Source of the DNA: Nitrososphaeria archaeon
GTDB taxonomy: Archaea; Thermoproteota; Nitrososphaeria; JACIWG01
Length of the DNA: 64,000 nucleotides
Direction: 5' to 3'
Assembly (NCBI GenBank): GCA_050011875.1
Contig: JBEKIG010000005.1
Coordinates: forward strand, 1-64,000
Shown here one piece after another: positions 42,281 through 51,341 of the stretch. A model generated the notes under the pieces. The model was not told the DNA's origin. It worked only from the letters and a program-made list of their open reading frames with translations, and made no database searches. Every line of letters begins with the position of its first letter. The first letter of the stretch is position 1. Both the position numbers and the translations under genes were made by a program.

Positions 42281-42396
42281 TCATCATCAGTCATCATCAA
42301 CGGTCATCATCAGCCATCAACACCCGTCATCAGCCATCATCAGCCATCATCAGCCATCATCAGCCATCATCAGCGTTCATCGTTCGTCATCATTTG
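42281..42396 (+). repeat. 10-bp tandem array CAGCCATCAT
   Basis: Four perfect copies 42331-42370 flanked by degenerate copies. Confidence 0.95.
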
Positions 42397-42461
42397 ACCA
42401 GTTGACGTGGTTGACGCCAAACTTATATTCTACTCTAATGATATGGTATCATTGGCAGAAG

Positions 42462-43991
42462 ATGGAAACTGTTGAAAATATAGTCAGGAAGCTTCTTGAT
42501 CTTGCCAAGAAGAAGCCGCTTGGGCCTGAAGAGCTAGAGGAAGCGAAAGAATGCATGAGGATCCTTCGGCGAAATGGTTTTACAAGCTACGAAATATCCG
42601 AATTAAGTGGTCACGCTTGGGACGCGTCGACGGTGAGAAATTATGTGGTCGGCGTCAAGGTTGTGGACTCTAAGGCCAGAGCTAGGGTAATCGGCCTGTT
42701 CGTCAAAACGATGGAGGAAGATCTCTACCTTGACGAAGTGGATGGGGCCCTTTCCATAAAGTCATCTTTGGACCGAGAGGGAGCTAACATAGAAGACTTC
42801 GCCGGTCTACTGAAGTTAGCGAAAGGTTCGAAGGTCAGCTCAGGCGAGCTGGTAAAGATGTACAATGATTTAAAAGCTTCAAACCTCAACGTTGACCAGC
42901 TAAAACAGGTACTGGAATATAAACTGGGCTTTGAATCATCCAAACTGACATTGGACAACCTAAAGAAAATACGGGACCTGTTGATAAAATTTGGTAGGTT
43001 TAACGATGTCGTAGAAGCCATAACGGCCTACGTCGATCTCAAAGCGCTTAAACAGGAAGTTGAAGACATAAGCCTGGAAAAAACTTCTCGAGAATCAGAA
43101 GTTAAAATGTTAACTAAAGAAATCCTTATTCTTAATAACAAGAAAGAAGAGCTTAAGGCCCCATTTAGCAGATTGGAGCATCTAAGAGGAATAGGCTTTA
43201 ATGATGCAACTCTAGTTGGATTAGCTAAAGCCTGTGATAAGCTAGGTGGTGTAGATGCTGTCCTGAAGGCGGTTGACAGCTTCTCTGACCAGAGGGTGAT
43301 AGAGGCAAGAACCTCTGAACTAGAACGTGTCATGGAAAACCTGGAAATCAAGATAAAGAGATTGGATGTGGAAAACTCTCAGATAATTGAAGGCGTGAGA
43401 ACGTGCAGGGAGCTGATCTTCACCCATGGGTTCAATACAGGTGACATCGTAGGTGTGATGACAGCTGCCAAGAGGTATGGTAACTCAATAGATGTGCTAA
43501 GGGCGGTTGAAGACTATGGCAAGCTTAAGGCCATCCAAGATAAGGTCAACGAACTAGAGGGCTTAAAAGGAGGACTTGAGAAAGAGATAGTACAGCAGAA
43601 GGAAGAAACTAAAGACCTACGTCAAAAGGAGGAAGCCCTAACTAGGGGGGTAAGGGATTACTCCAACCAACGAGATGCTCTCAGGAAAAACGCGGATAAA
43701 TTTGATGAAGAGCTTAGAGAGGCAAAGGTGTTCTTGGCTCTAAGAAGGTACCCTTCGGAGCTGAAGATAGACAGCCTGCAATATTTGGCTCAGGCGATCA
43801 GAAGCTTGGCCACAAACGCTAAGAGCCTTGGAATAAACCAGACGTTCACGCTTAAGGATATCGTTGAGCCAAAACACAAAATCATAAACTTCACGTGGAA
43901 GATAGAGCTTTCGGATGTTCTAGGCTGGGCGAACACGGCCCTGACAACGATCATCGTGAAAACATCGCTGAATCCATCAGGTGCCAGATAA
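42462..43991 (+). CDS. HTH + long coiled-coil protein
   Basis: GFTSYEISELSGHAWDASTVRNYV; heptad repeats; TATA-like cttatatt at ~42423 supports ATG 42462. Confidence 0.8.
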   Translation: METVENIVRKLLDLAKKKPLGPEELEEAKECMRILRRNGFTSYEISELSGHAWDASTVRNYVVGVKVVDSKARARVIGLFVKTMEEDLYLDEVDGALSIKSSLDREGANIEDFAGLLKLAKGSKVSSGELVKMYNDLKASNLNVDQLKQVLEYKLGFESSKLTLDNLKKIRDLLIKFGRFNDVVEAITAYVDLKALKQEVEDISLEKTSRESEVKMLTKEILILNNKKEELKAPFSRLEHLRGIGFNDATLVGLAKACDKLGGVDAVLKAVDSFSDQRVIEARTSELERVMENLEIKIKRLDVENSQIIEGVRTCRELIFTHGFNTGDIVGVMTAAKRYGNSIDVLRAVEDYGKLKAIQDKVNELEGLKGGLEKEIVQQKEETKDLRQKEEALTRGVRDYSNQRDALRKNADKFDEELREAKVFLALRRYPSELKIDSLQYLAQAIRSLATNAKSLGINQTFTLKDIVEPKHKIINFTWKIELSDVLGWANTALTTIIVKTSLNPSGAR

Positions 43992-43992
43992 C

Positions 43993-44823
43993 ATGAGCTT
44001 GGAAAAGATCGAACAGCATATAAAGGAACTTGAAGCGCTAAAATACTATAGCGGAACCAAGCAGGAAAGAGATGAAGCTTTGAAAAAAGTAGGCGAACTA
44101 GAGAGCGTCAAGACCGAACTAGAGAAAAGGATAGCCGACCTTGAGCAGATAAAGGTTACTTCAGAGGGGAAGACGATAAAGGAAGCCGAAGAAGCCTTCC
44201 TAAGGGCTGAGCAAGAGGAGATAAGCAGAAAAGCTGAAGAAAAGTCCAACGAAAAATATGAGAAATGGCGAAAGGATGAGAAACCTAAGGAGGTATTCGA
44301 TTCGTCTGTCAAAGAGCTCAAGACGATCCTGCAAAGCCTATCTGAAGCCCCATACCAAGCAATTCCTTCTAAGTTGGCACAGGCCGGATTAGATGTTGAA
44401 GTTAAGAAGGCATTAAATGTAGAAGTTCAGAAAAGGTTACATGTGGAATTCAATAAGAGAGTCGAAGCGAGGGCGCACGAAACCGCTTTAAAATGGTTCG
44501 AAAATTGGAAGAAATCTGAGTTAAATAGATGGCATAATGAAAAAATAATGCCTGAAATAGCAAGATTGGAAACAGTCTTCAGCTCAAACATCATGACCGT
44601 ATTGAGGGACACCGACTTCGAAATAACCTGTAACAAATGTGACCAAATATCTCAGATAAAATTTACAGGTCAAATGATTTCAAACCTAATCACAAAAGGG
44701 AAATCCAATTTGCCATGCATCAACCCTAACTGCAACGACCCATGGACAGGCAGACATCAGATTCAGATCAACCTCGCAGATCTCATAGATTCCATGATAA
44801 CGCTCAAGAGTGGATATCCATAA
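43993..44823 (+). CDS. Coiled-coil protein with C-terminal Zn finger
   Basis: Coupled to the upstream gene; CNKC...CINPNC...H. Confidence 0.8.
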   Translation: MSLEKIEQHIKELEALKYYSGTKQERDEALKKVGELESVKTELEKRIADLEQIKVTSEGKTIKEAEEAFLRAEQEEISRKAEEKSNEKYEKWRKDEKPKEVFDSSVKELKTILQSLSEAPYQAIPSKLAQAGLDVEVKKALNVEVQKRLHVEFNKRVEARAHETALKWFENWKKSELNRWHNEKIMPEIARLETVFSSNIMTVLRDTDFEITCNKCDQISQIKFTGQMISNLITKGKSNLPCINPNCNDPWTGRHQIQINLADLIDSMITLKSGYP

Positions 44824-45430
44824 AAGGCACGCTTCTCCAGAACATGGAGAAAAGAGTTCAGGATCTGATCAAACAATGAGTTACCAGGTTGTCATCGCCA
44901 AGCTGGAGATCTAGATGAATGAAAAATCCAAAAACCAGCAAGGGACCCCGGCTGAAGATAACACGGATCTAAAGGGAAGGTGAAGAGAAAAGTTAGCTCT
45001 ATTTAAATATTTTAATGATCTAAGCTATTTTCAAAGTTATTATGGTCGAAGAAATCTATATACCTACGCCTCTCTACAGCCATAATACAATCTTAATAGT
45101 TAAGGTCATTGAAGTAAATCATATACATATTTTCTTTTTACCTCCGATTTTTTAATTGCATGATCATGGTACGTCAATATTTTTGATGCTTCCCTCACTT
45201 TCCTTTCTAAAGCTAGACTAGGTCATAGTCCTGCCATTTGATAGATAGGTATGTGGAAAGTGCTTTATTGCTCTTGGGCGGTTCTAACCTCTGGGGCGGC
45301 TCTGATAACGTATCGGGATATTTTCTAAACCCAATCTCGCCGATAACTAACGGGGTAAGAGTTAAATCGATGATTCTAATAACTTCTTGGGGTATTCAAA
45401 TATCTCAATTACTGGTAAGGTATTGCAGAA

Positions 45431-46669
45431 ATGACTGACAAAACGAAGGGGCCAAAACGGGAAGTGTTGCTCCGAATGGTTGAGTTCGTAGCTTCAGTCT
45501 TATACATAATTGATTTCCTTGTAAGCCATAAGGTTCCGAATTATCTTTCATTAGAGTTGGGAAGCGGTCTTGGGAATGCATTATCAATCGGAATATTCAT
45601 CCTCGCTTGGATTGGCGTAATCGTAATAGGGGGTTTGAGTGCTATTGTCAGATTGGTTAGGAAGCTCACCGTAACTAAAAAACCGAAATCAGTTGCACCA
45701 TCACCTAGTATTAGCCCGATTCCTAAAGAAGTGGCAAAGGAATCAGTTAGTGAAGAACTAAATAAAGTTAAGACTAAGCCATTTCAAGAAGCCCACTTAA
45801 CAAAAATACCTAAAGAAACAACTGAAGCTGAAATTAAGAAGCACTATCATGATGTGGCACAGAGCTATTTCGTGCTACTTTCTCGGATGAATCTCTCGGA
45901 TATGGAAGGATCGGTGGCTTACCGACAACTAGGAGGTAATCTGAATGTTATACCGCGGGAAGGTTTTGAACAAGTGGAAGCGCATTTGAAATCGGACATA
46001 CCAGATTTTTTCACCAACTTGTCAAAAATTGAGATGGAGATTAAAGATCTGAATAAAGAACCCTTAGTAATTGAAGCTTTAGTGAAAGAAAAAGCTACAA
46101 CGGCATTGAGTCAAATAGCTCCCATTGCCAAAATTCCAAATAAAAACTGGTTACTTGATCCTTGCAGGTACATGTCTGAAATCGACAATTCTGAGTTACA
46201 AGCTATATCCACTTGGCTAAGCTCCCCTAGCATATTCATAACTCCTGTCTTAGAAATATTACGAGATTGTTACATCAAAATTTTTTACATCAGACGTTTC
46301 AAAGGTGAACCAGAGTACAAAATACTCCAAGATATGCAACTTCCGAACAGTTTTATTGTTCACGGAGATATTAACCGATCAATAGCTCTGTATTCTACAC
46401 CCGATGTAGACGCCAAAGTACCTCTTGGAAAGGCATTATCCGCACAACAAAAAGAGAGCGTTGTGAAAACGCTAAACTCGCTCTTAACTGATTCTAAGAT
46501 TAGAGAAAAAATCGATGCAGCCATCAACAGGAAGAAGAAAATATTTGATGAGGTTGCTACACTAAGAGAAAAAATTCAAGTCATTCTCAATCGAATTGAA
46601 AAGGGTGAAGGTGGTGCGTATGATACGAGAGTTGAATGTTGCAAGAAAATTCTCGAAAGCAGTGTTTAG
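45431..46669 (+). CDS. Hypothetical protein with two N-terminal TM helices
   Basis: 412-aa ORF, no recognised motif. Confidence 0.7.
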   Translation: MTDKTKGPKREVLLRMVEFVASVLYIIDFLVSHKVPNYLSLELGSGLGNALSIGIFILAWIGVIVIGGLSAIVRLVRKLTVTKKPKSVAPSPSISPIPKEVAKESVSEELNKVKTKPFQEAHLTKIPKETTEAEIKKHYHDVAQSYFVLLSRMNLSDMEGSVAYRQLGGNLNVIPREGFEQVEAHLKSDIPDFFTNLSKIEMEIKDLNKEPLVIEALVKEKATTALSQIAPIAKIPNKNWLLDPCRYMSEIDNSELQAISTWLSSPSIFITPVLEILRDCYIKIFYIRRFKGEPEYKILQDMQLPNSFIVHGDINRSIALYSTPDVDAKVPLGKALSAQQKESVVKTLNSLLTDSKIREKIDAAINRKKKIFDEVATLREKIQVILNRIEKGEGGAYDTRVECCKKILESSV

Positions 46670-46709
46670 GACTTTGACAAATACTCGCTTAGTATATATC
46701 TTATCGTTT

Positions 46710-46811
46710 CATCATTATGTTTCAATATTACATGACTACCTTTCTGCCTTACTGGTCTAAAACCGATTTTAGTAAGAGCTTTTATAATCTTATCAGCTGA
46801 GGTTGGCTTTA
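46710..46811 (-). pseudogene. hicA: hicA 5' fragment, near-identical copy of 1751-1852
   Basis: 101/102 nt identical by eye. Confidence 0.9.
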
Positions 46812-46941
46812 AGTTATATTAGGTTAAGTCATCTAGATGAGCGAAAGGAAACTTTGGAGAGGTTAATTGAGGAAGCCTTGGTTGAATAGGAAAGAAGTCT
46901 ATAAGCTCATCAGAAAAGTTCTTACAAATTAAAATGAGGCA

Positions 46942-47187
46942 ATGTTAATTAAGGTGTGTGAGGAAAATTCGTCAGTGAATGGTTTGGCGGAAACTGTTAG
47001 TGTACCCAAAGAACTGTTAAAAGACCTTTATACTGAACTGGTCAAGGTTGAAGAGGTTCTCACAACACTTGAAGAATTAATGGACAAGGAAGGCTTAGAA
47101 AGAATACATAGAGCAGAGCAGGAATACGCAAAAGGAGAATATGTAACCGTTAAAGATAGTAGTGAAATTAAAGAAATTATTAAGTGA
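46942..47187 (+). CDS. Putative antitoxin, paralog of 2417-2644
   Basis: LTTLEELMDKEGLERIHRAEQEYAKGEYV. Confidence 0.75.
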   Translation: MLIKVCEENSSVNGLAETVSVPKELLKDLYTELVKVEEVLTTLEELMDKEGLERIHRAEQEYAKGEYVTVKDSSEIKEIIK

Positions 47188-47195
47188 ACAACCTT

Positions 47196-47320
47196 TTGAC
47201 TTACAAGGCTGCTCTAACCAAAAGTTTTCTCAGAGCACTTGGAAAACTTCCAGAAGATATAATAGACAAGGCCTTAACGGCTGTCGACGAAATAGTTTAG
47301 TTGCTAACCCCCTTTCCCTG
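47196..47320 (+). pseudogene. relE: RelE-like toxin, truncated
   Basis: MTYKAALTKSFLRALGKLPEDIIDKALTAVDEIV* with a TAGTT duplication before ANP. Confidence 0.7.
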
Positions 47321-47539
47321 TTATCCTAAGTAAAGCGCGTTCGTCATAGAGGTAAGTTAAACGACGATGGGAAATTCATGTTTATAATATATTCGTGCTT
47401 AATTACGGTCGAACACCATCGGACTTAAACCTAATTGCCCTCCCAATAATTTACTAGAAGACTAATGCGCGAACCCCACCCCCCGCAAATTTGAAAAAAC
47501 TTATAAACTAAGAAATTATTATGAAAAGAGAATCTTTTA

Positions 47540-47761
47540 ATGAGCCAAGAACCCAAGAAGATGGATAGAAGAAAATTCATTTATGCCGCTCTTGGCGCTG
47601 CGGTTATAATAGTCAGTGGTTCTGCGATTTACTTTGTCACCAAACCACCTGAAATGACAACCGCTTTACTTAGCGACGTTGGAATGGGTGAAGAGCCAAT
47701 AGACAGCTTGGCCAACAAATTATCAAATACAAATGATAATCAAATCGAAGGCATCGTTTAG
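47540..47761 (+). pseudogene. Tat-signal fragment fused to a GGCT-like fragment
   Basis: MDRRKFIYAALG..., then QIEGIV*EVE. Confidence 0.5.
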
Positions 47762-47842
47762 GAAGTGGAAAAAAATGCTGTGGTTCAGTTCTGTTATTTA
47801 ATTTGACAATAGGTTAAATTTGGAATCTTATATTATAGCATT

Positions 47843-48018
47843 TTATCTCCTAATCTTCTCTTTTATTATTTTAACTGCGTCGTACCTTCCAAGTGTATAG
47901 TAGACGCCGAGGATCTTAGAACCACGCTTTTTCATCTCTTCGTACGACTTTATTTGATGAGCGATAAATTCCTTTGTTGGCTTCTTCCTAAATTTTGCTA
48001 AAGTTATGAAAATCATAT
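47843..48018 (-). pseudogene. GYD-domain protein, truncated
   Basis: FITLAKFRKKPTKE...YYTLGRYDAV. Confidence 0.7.
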
Positions 48019-48116
48019 TATCGCTTGACGTTTGATAAATTACAATCATTACTTAGGCTTTTAAAAATATCATCAATATTACATTTGTAGCCCTATAAGC
48101 AGACATAATCAGATTT

Positions 48117-48704
48117 TCAAGTACTTTTACTCTTTCTTAATCTATGGGTGACTGCTATTGTCTTAGCCATCATCTTGCCCAGATATCTTGCACCTTTAAT
48201 TCCCTCTTTATCTTTGGCGACTTCCCCCCTCTTATTGCCGATTGCGAAGACTCTCCCACCACTTGGGATTATCATCCTGACAGCTGTTATGAAAGTAATC
48301 ATCTGGTCACAAGTTCTCATTAAACCGGAGCGACGGGCGACAGCGATGACTCCACCCACCTTACCTGTGAAGTCCTTTCTTCCTCGTGCTAGGGCAAGGT
48401 AGCCAATCCTGTCTATGAAGACCTTCATCTGTGCCGTGACCCCCTGAAAGTATGAGGGACTGGCCAGAATGATTCCGTCAGCTTCGAGGATTTCCTTATA
48501 CACCTTCTCGCCATCGTCGTCGATGACACACTTCTTAGTTCTGAAGCAGGTCCTACAAGCATTACATGGTTGGAGACTGTAATCTTTGATGTATATGAGT
48601 TTCACATTCGCGCCTTGTTTCTTTGCAGCAGCCAAAGCCTCTTGCAGTATCAAGTCAGTATTGCCCTTAACCCTAGGGCTACCACTTACCCCTAAAATGA
48701 GCAT
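48117..48704 (-). CDS. Iron-sulfur flavoprotein / NADPH-dependent FMN reductase family
   Basis: GSPRVKGNT, CNACRTC...C, ASPSYF, KVFIDR. Confidence 0.92.
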   Translation of the reverse strand: MLILGVSGSPRVKGNTDLILQEALAAAKKQGANVKLIYIKDYSLQPCNACRTCFRTKKCVIDDDGEKVYKEILEADGIILASPSYFQGVTAQMKVFIDRIGYLALARGRKDFTGKVGGVIAVARRSGLMRTCDQMITFITAVRMIIPSGGRVFAIGNKRGEVAKDKEGIKGARYLGKMMAKTIAVTHRLRKSKST

Positions 48705-48818
48705 TCTTCTATCTTCTATAGCGCAGAAAATTCATGTATTAAAGTCTATTCGCAGATAGCTGCCAGCCTTAAAGCTGCAAAAGCAAACATTTACTTTATT
48801 CATTAACACGATTGCAAA

Positions 48819-48862
48819 AATTATTTTTGGTGTAGAGTATAATTATCTTTGGTGTAGAGTAT
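48819..48862. promoter_or_regulatory. 22-bp tandem repeat between divergent genes
   Basis: aattat(t/c)tttggtgtagagtat x2. Confidence 0.6.
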
Positions 48863-48909
48863 AAAAATAATTTTCTAAGAATAGCCTTTAAAACAAGATT
48901 TAAATATTT

Positions 48910-49938
48910 ATGTTGAATACACCAGCGACTTCGTTGGCTAGAATTTTTACATGCGGGTTTGTCGTAGTTGACATTTTGGCAGCAGGTTTGCCAAAGATTC
49001 CTGAGCCGGGTGAAGGAATTCCAGCTCCATTGGGAATTAAATTTTCTCTTGGAGGACATCCTGCCAACGTCTCTGTGGATTTGGAACAGCTGGACCTTAA
49101 AAGGGGGGACGTTAGAGTCGCCTTAGCTGCTGGCAGGGACATGTTCGGCGACTTCATTCAAGGTTTTCTGAGGTCCAGGGGCGTTGTCGGAAGACTTCAA
49201 CGTGTTAAGGATGCTCCGACAGGTATATCGCTTCTCTGGATTAAAACGGGTGAAGACAAGAGGGTGGTTATAATGTTGGGTGCCAACCTTTTCTTGGACT
49301 TTAATTACGTAATGCGCGCTGTTAGAGAGTGCAGGCCTAAGATACTTTACGTAGCATCCGGAGTACTTGGAAACTTCGATTTCAGACTTAAGGACCTTCT
49401 CGAATACTGTCATAATAACAATATCCGGACCGTATTAGATCTGACTACACCATATCAGAAGGAATGGAACTACAGCCATTCGGCGTTGCCCTACGTTGAT
49501 GTCCTGCACAGCAATGTTGAGGAGCTTCAGGGCATCACTGGTCAGCTTAACCCTTTAGACGGCCTCAGATGGGTGGCTAAGATGGGTGTTAAGTGTCCAA
49601 TTGTCAGTGACGGTAAGAATGGGTCGACGCTGCTCTTTAAAGGCAAGTTCATAAAGCAGCCTGCCTTCGATGTAAAGCTCATTGATCCCAGTGGGGCCGG
49701 CGACGCCATGACAGCTGGGACCGTGAGAAAGCTTCTAGATGTTATTGAGGCAGGGCGATCCATTGAAGACTTGACCGTTCAGGAGGCTGCGGAAATTCTT
49801 CTTTTCGCTCAGGCTACAGGAGGAGCATGCGTTGAAGAAATAGGTACAACTCCTGGTGTTAATACAGAACATGTTAATCGCATTCTGGATCAACAGAGGG
49901 AAACAGTCTTGTCTAAAACCACTATTGTGGAATCTTAG
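48910..49938 (+). CDS. PfkB-family carbohydrate kinase
   Basis: GGHPANV, NVEE, DPSGAGDA. Confidence 0.92.
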   Translation: MLNTPATSLARIFTCGFVVVDILAAGLPKIPEPGEGIPAPLGIKFSLGGHPANVSVDLEQLDLKRGDVRVALAAGRDMFGDFIQGFLRSRGVVGRLQRVKDAPTGISLLWIKTGEDKRVVIMLGANLFLDFNYVMRAVRECRPKILYVASGVLGNFDFRLKDLLEYCHNNNIRTVLDLTTPYQKEWNYSHSALPYVDVLHSNVEELQGITGQLNPLDGLRWVAKMGVKCPIVSDGKNGSTLLFKGKFIKQPAFDVKLIDPSGAGDAMTAGTVRKLLDVIEAGRSIEDLTVQEAAEILLFAQATGGACVEEIGTTPGVNTEHVNRILDQQRETVLSKTTIVES

Positions 49939-50134
49939 AATCGTAGAATAGCTGTTCTTGAATGTCTCCCAAAGTGGGCTATTAGGTCCTGCATTCCAGG
50001 TATCATCAAGAAGTTTTCATTAATTCGAGGTTTCCTTTTACGCCCATCTTGTTTACCTCAACATGTATTTAGTGCAAAATGCTAATAAAGTTTGCATAAA
50101 AACCTGCCTGAAGAATTTGCGAATAATATCATTC

Positions 50135-50580
50135 TCAATTGTTAGTTCTCCAGACAAATCGCATGGAAATGAGGTATTGGATTGGATAAGCAACTAAAGC
50201 CCCTACAATATTGCCGAGTGCAGGTGAAAGTGATAGGGTTCCTAGTAGCAGGAGTTGAATTAATACGCCTATCGAGCTTCCAATACCATTTAAGCCTTCA
50301 AATTTCAGTAACCTTATGGTTAATTGATCTTTCTGGTCATTTCCAACATGGATGGTTATCCGTTCATTAATGAAAAAGGCGACTGCAATACCTATTCCTT
50401 GTGCAAGAATGTTCAGCGCTAAGAGTGCTGGCGAAGAGTAAGTGTTGCTTGGAATGATGAGATTTCCGTATATAACTAGTAAACCAATCAATAGAACTAG
50501 TTCTGAGATAACACCGCCACTTGTATTTGCAAAGACAAACTTGGCAAACTTGAAAATGCTGCGAATTCTTTTCGAAATTC
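50135..50580 (-). CDS. GtrA-like membrane protein (start uncertain, possibly pseudogene)
   Basis: Frame open upstream to FKFAKF; AFFINERIT; YLISMRFVW; in-frame TAA near 50583. Confidence 0.65.
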
Positions 50581-50732
50581 TTTATCCCTTACTTAAAGCC
50601 GTCCTATCTGTTCTTAAGCATTGTGGCAAGCTTGGTAGTTGTGGTAAATGAAAGAAAGGCCCCAATAAGCTTTATTTAATATATCATTTAATAATGATGT
50701 TCTTTAGACAGGTTTTAGATAGCTACACGACT

Positions 50733-51230
50733 TTATTTTACAGTTTTAAATTGTTCTGCTATGTTTCGCGCCCATTCTTTAGATTTGTTGACGTCTACCA
50801 TGTCTTGACTCGTTTTTCCTAGGAATTTCATTCTTCCACCAAACACTTCCACATCGAACGGTTTCAGCTTTGTGTTCTTTTCAAGTATTTTGTCGACATA
50901 TTTTTTAATAGCCTCGTCCTTTGGCTCAAGAGACGAAAGGAATATCGCCACTTTCCTGTCCCCGAAGTCGTTTTCCAAAAACTTGCGGCCGTCATCGTGC
51001 AACCTCTGTATTTTAACTCCACAGCCCAAGATCACGTTCTGGTACTGTGTCAATTCAGGATGATGATTTCTCCTGAGATCGACCAGATCCACCTCTAATT
51101 TGAATTCCTCTCTTAGAACAGATGCAATGGCGTTTGCATACTCTTCCGTTGTCCCGCCTTTTGTTGCATATGCGATTAGAGTTTTGTTTTCACTTATATC
51201 TTTCGCCAAGCATGCGTTGGCTTTTACCAT
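50733..51230 (-). CDS. Flavodoxin-domain protein (HemG-like)
   Basis: LIAYATKGGTTEEYA; FGGR. Confidence 0.85.
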   Translation of the reverse strand: MVKANACLAKDISENKTLIAYATKGGTTEEYANAIASVLREEFKLEVDLVDLRRNHHPELTQYQNVILGCGVKIQRLHDDGRKFLENDFGDRKVAIFLSSLEPKDEAIKKYVDKILEKNTKLKPFDVEVFGGRMKFLGKTSQDMVDVNKSKEWARNIAEQFKTVK

Positions 51231-51341
51231 TTTTATGCATTACCATTTAACTTAGGGTGTGAACTCTAACCTTTAAATGTCAGTTTTTCTATATTTAAAA
51301 CATGAAAAACAAAACCTTTCTCTCAATTATCTTGGATTACC

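Noticed and set aside
41478-42396. CRISPR array
   Set aside because: No constant 24-47-bp repeat separated by unique spacers, and no cas genes
42281-42396. His-rich peptide encoded by the CATCA array
   Set aside because: A 10-bp period is not codon-compatible and the track shows no ORF there
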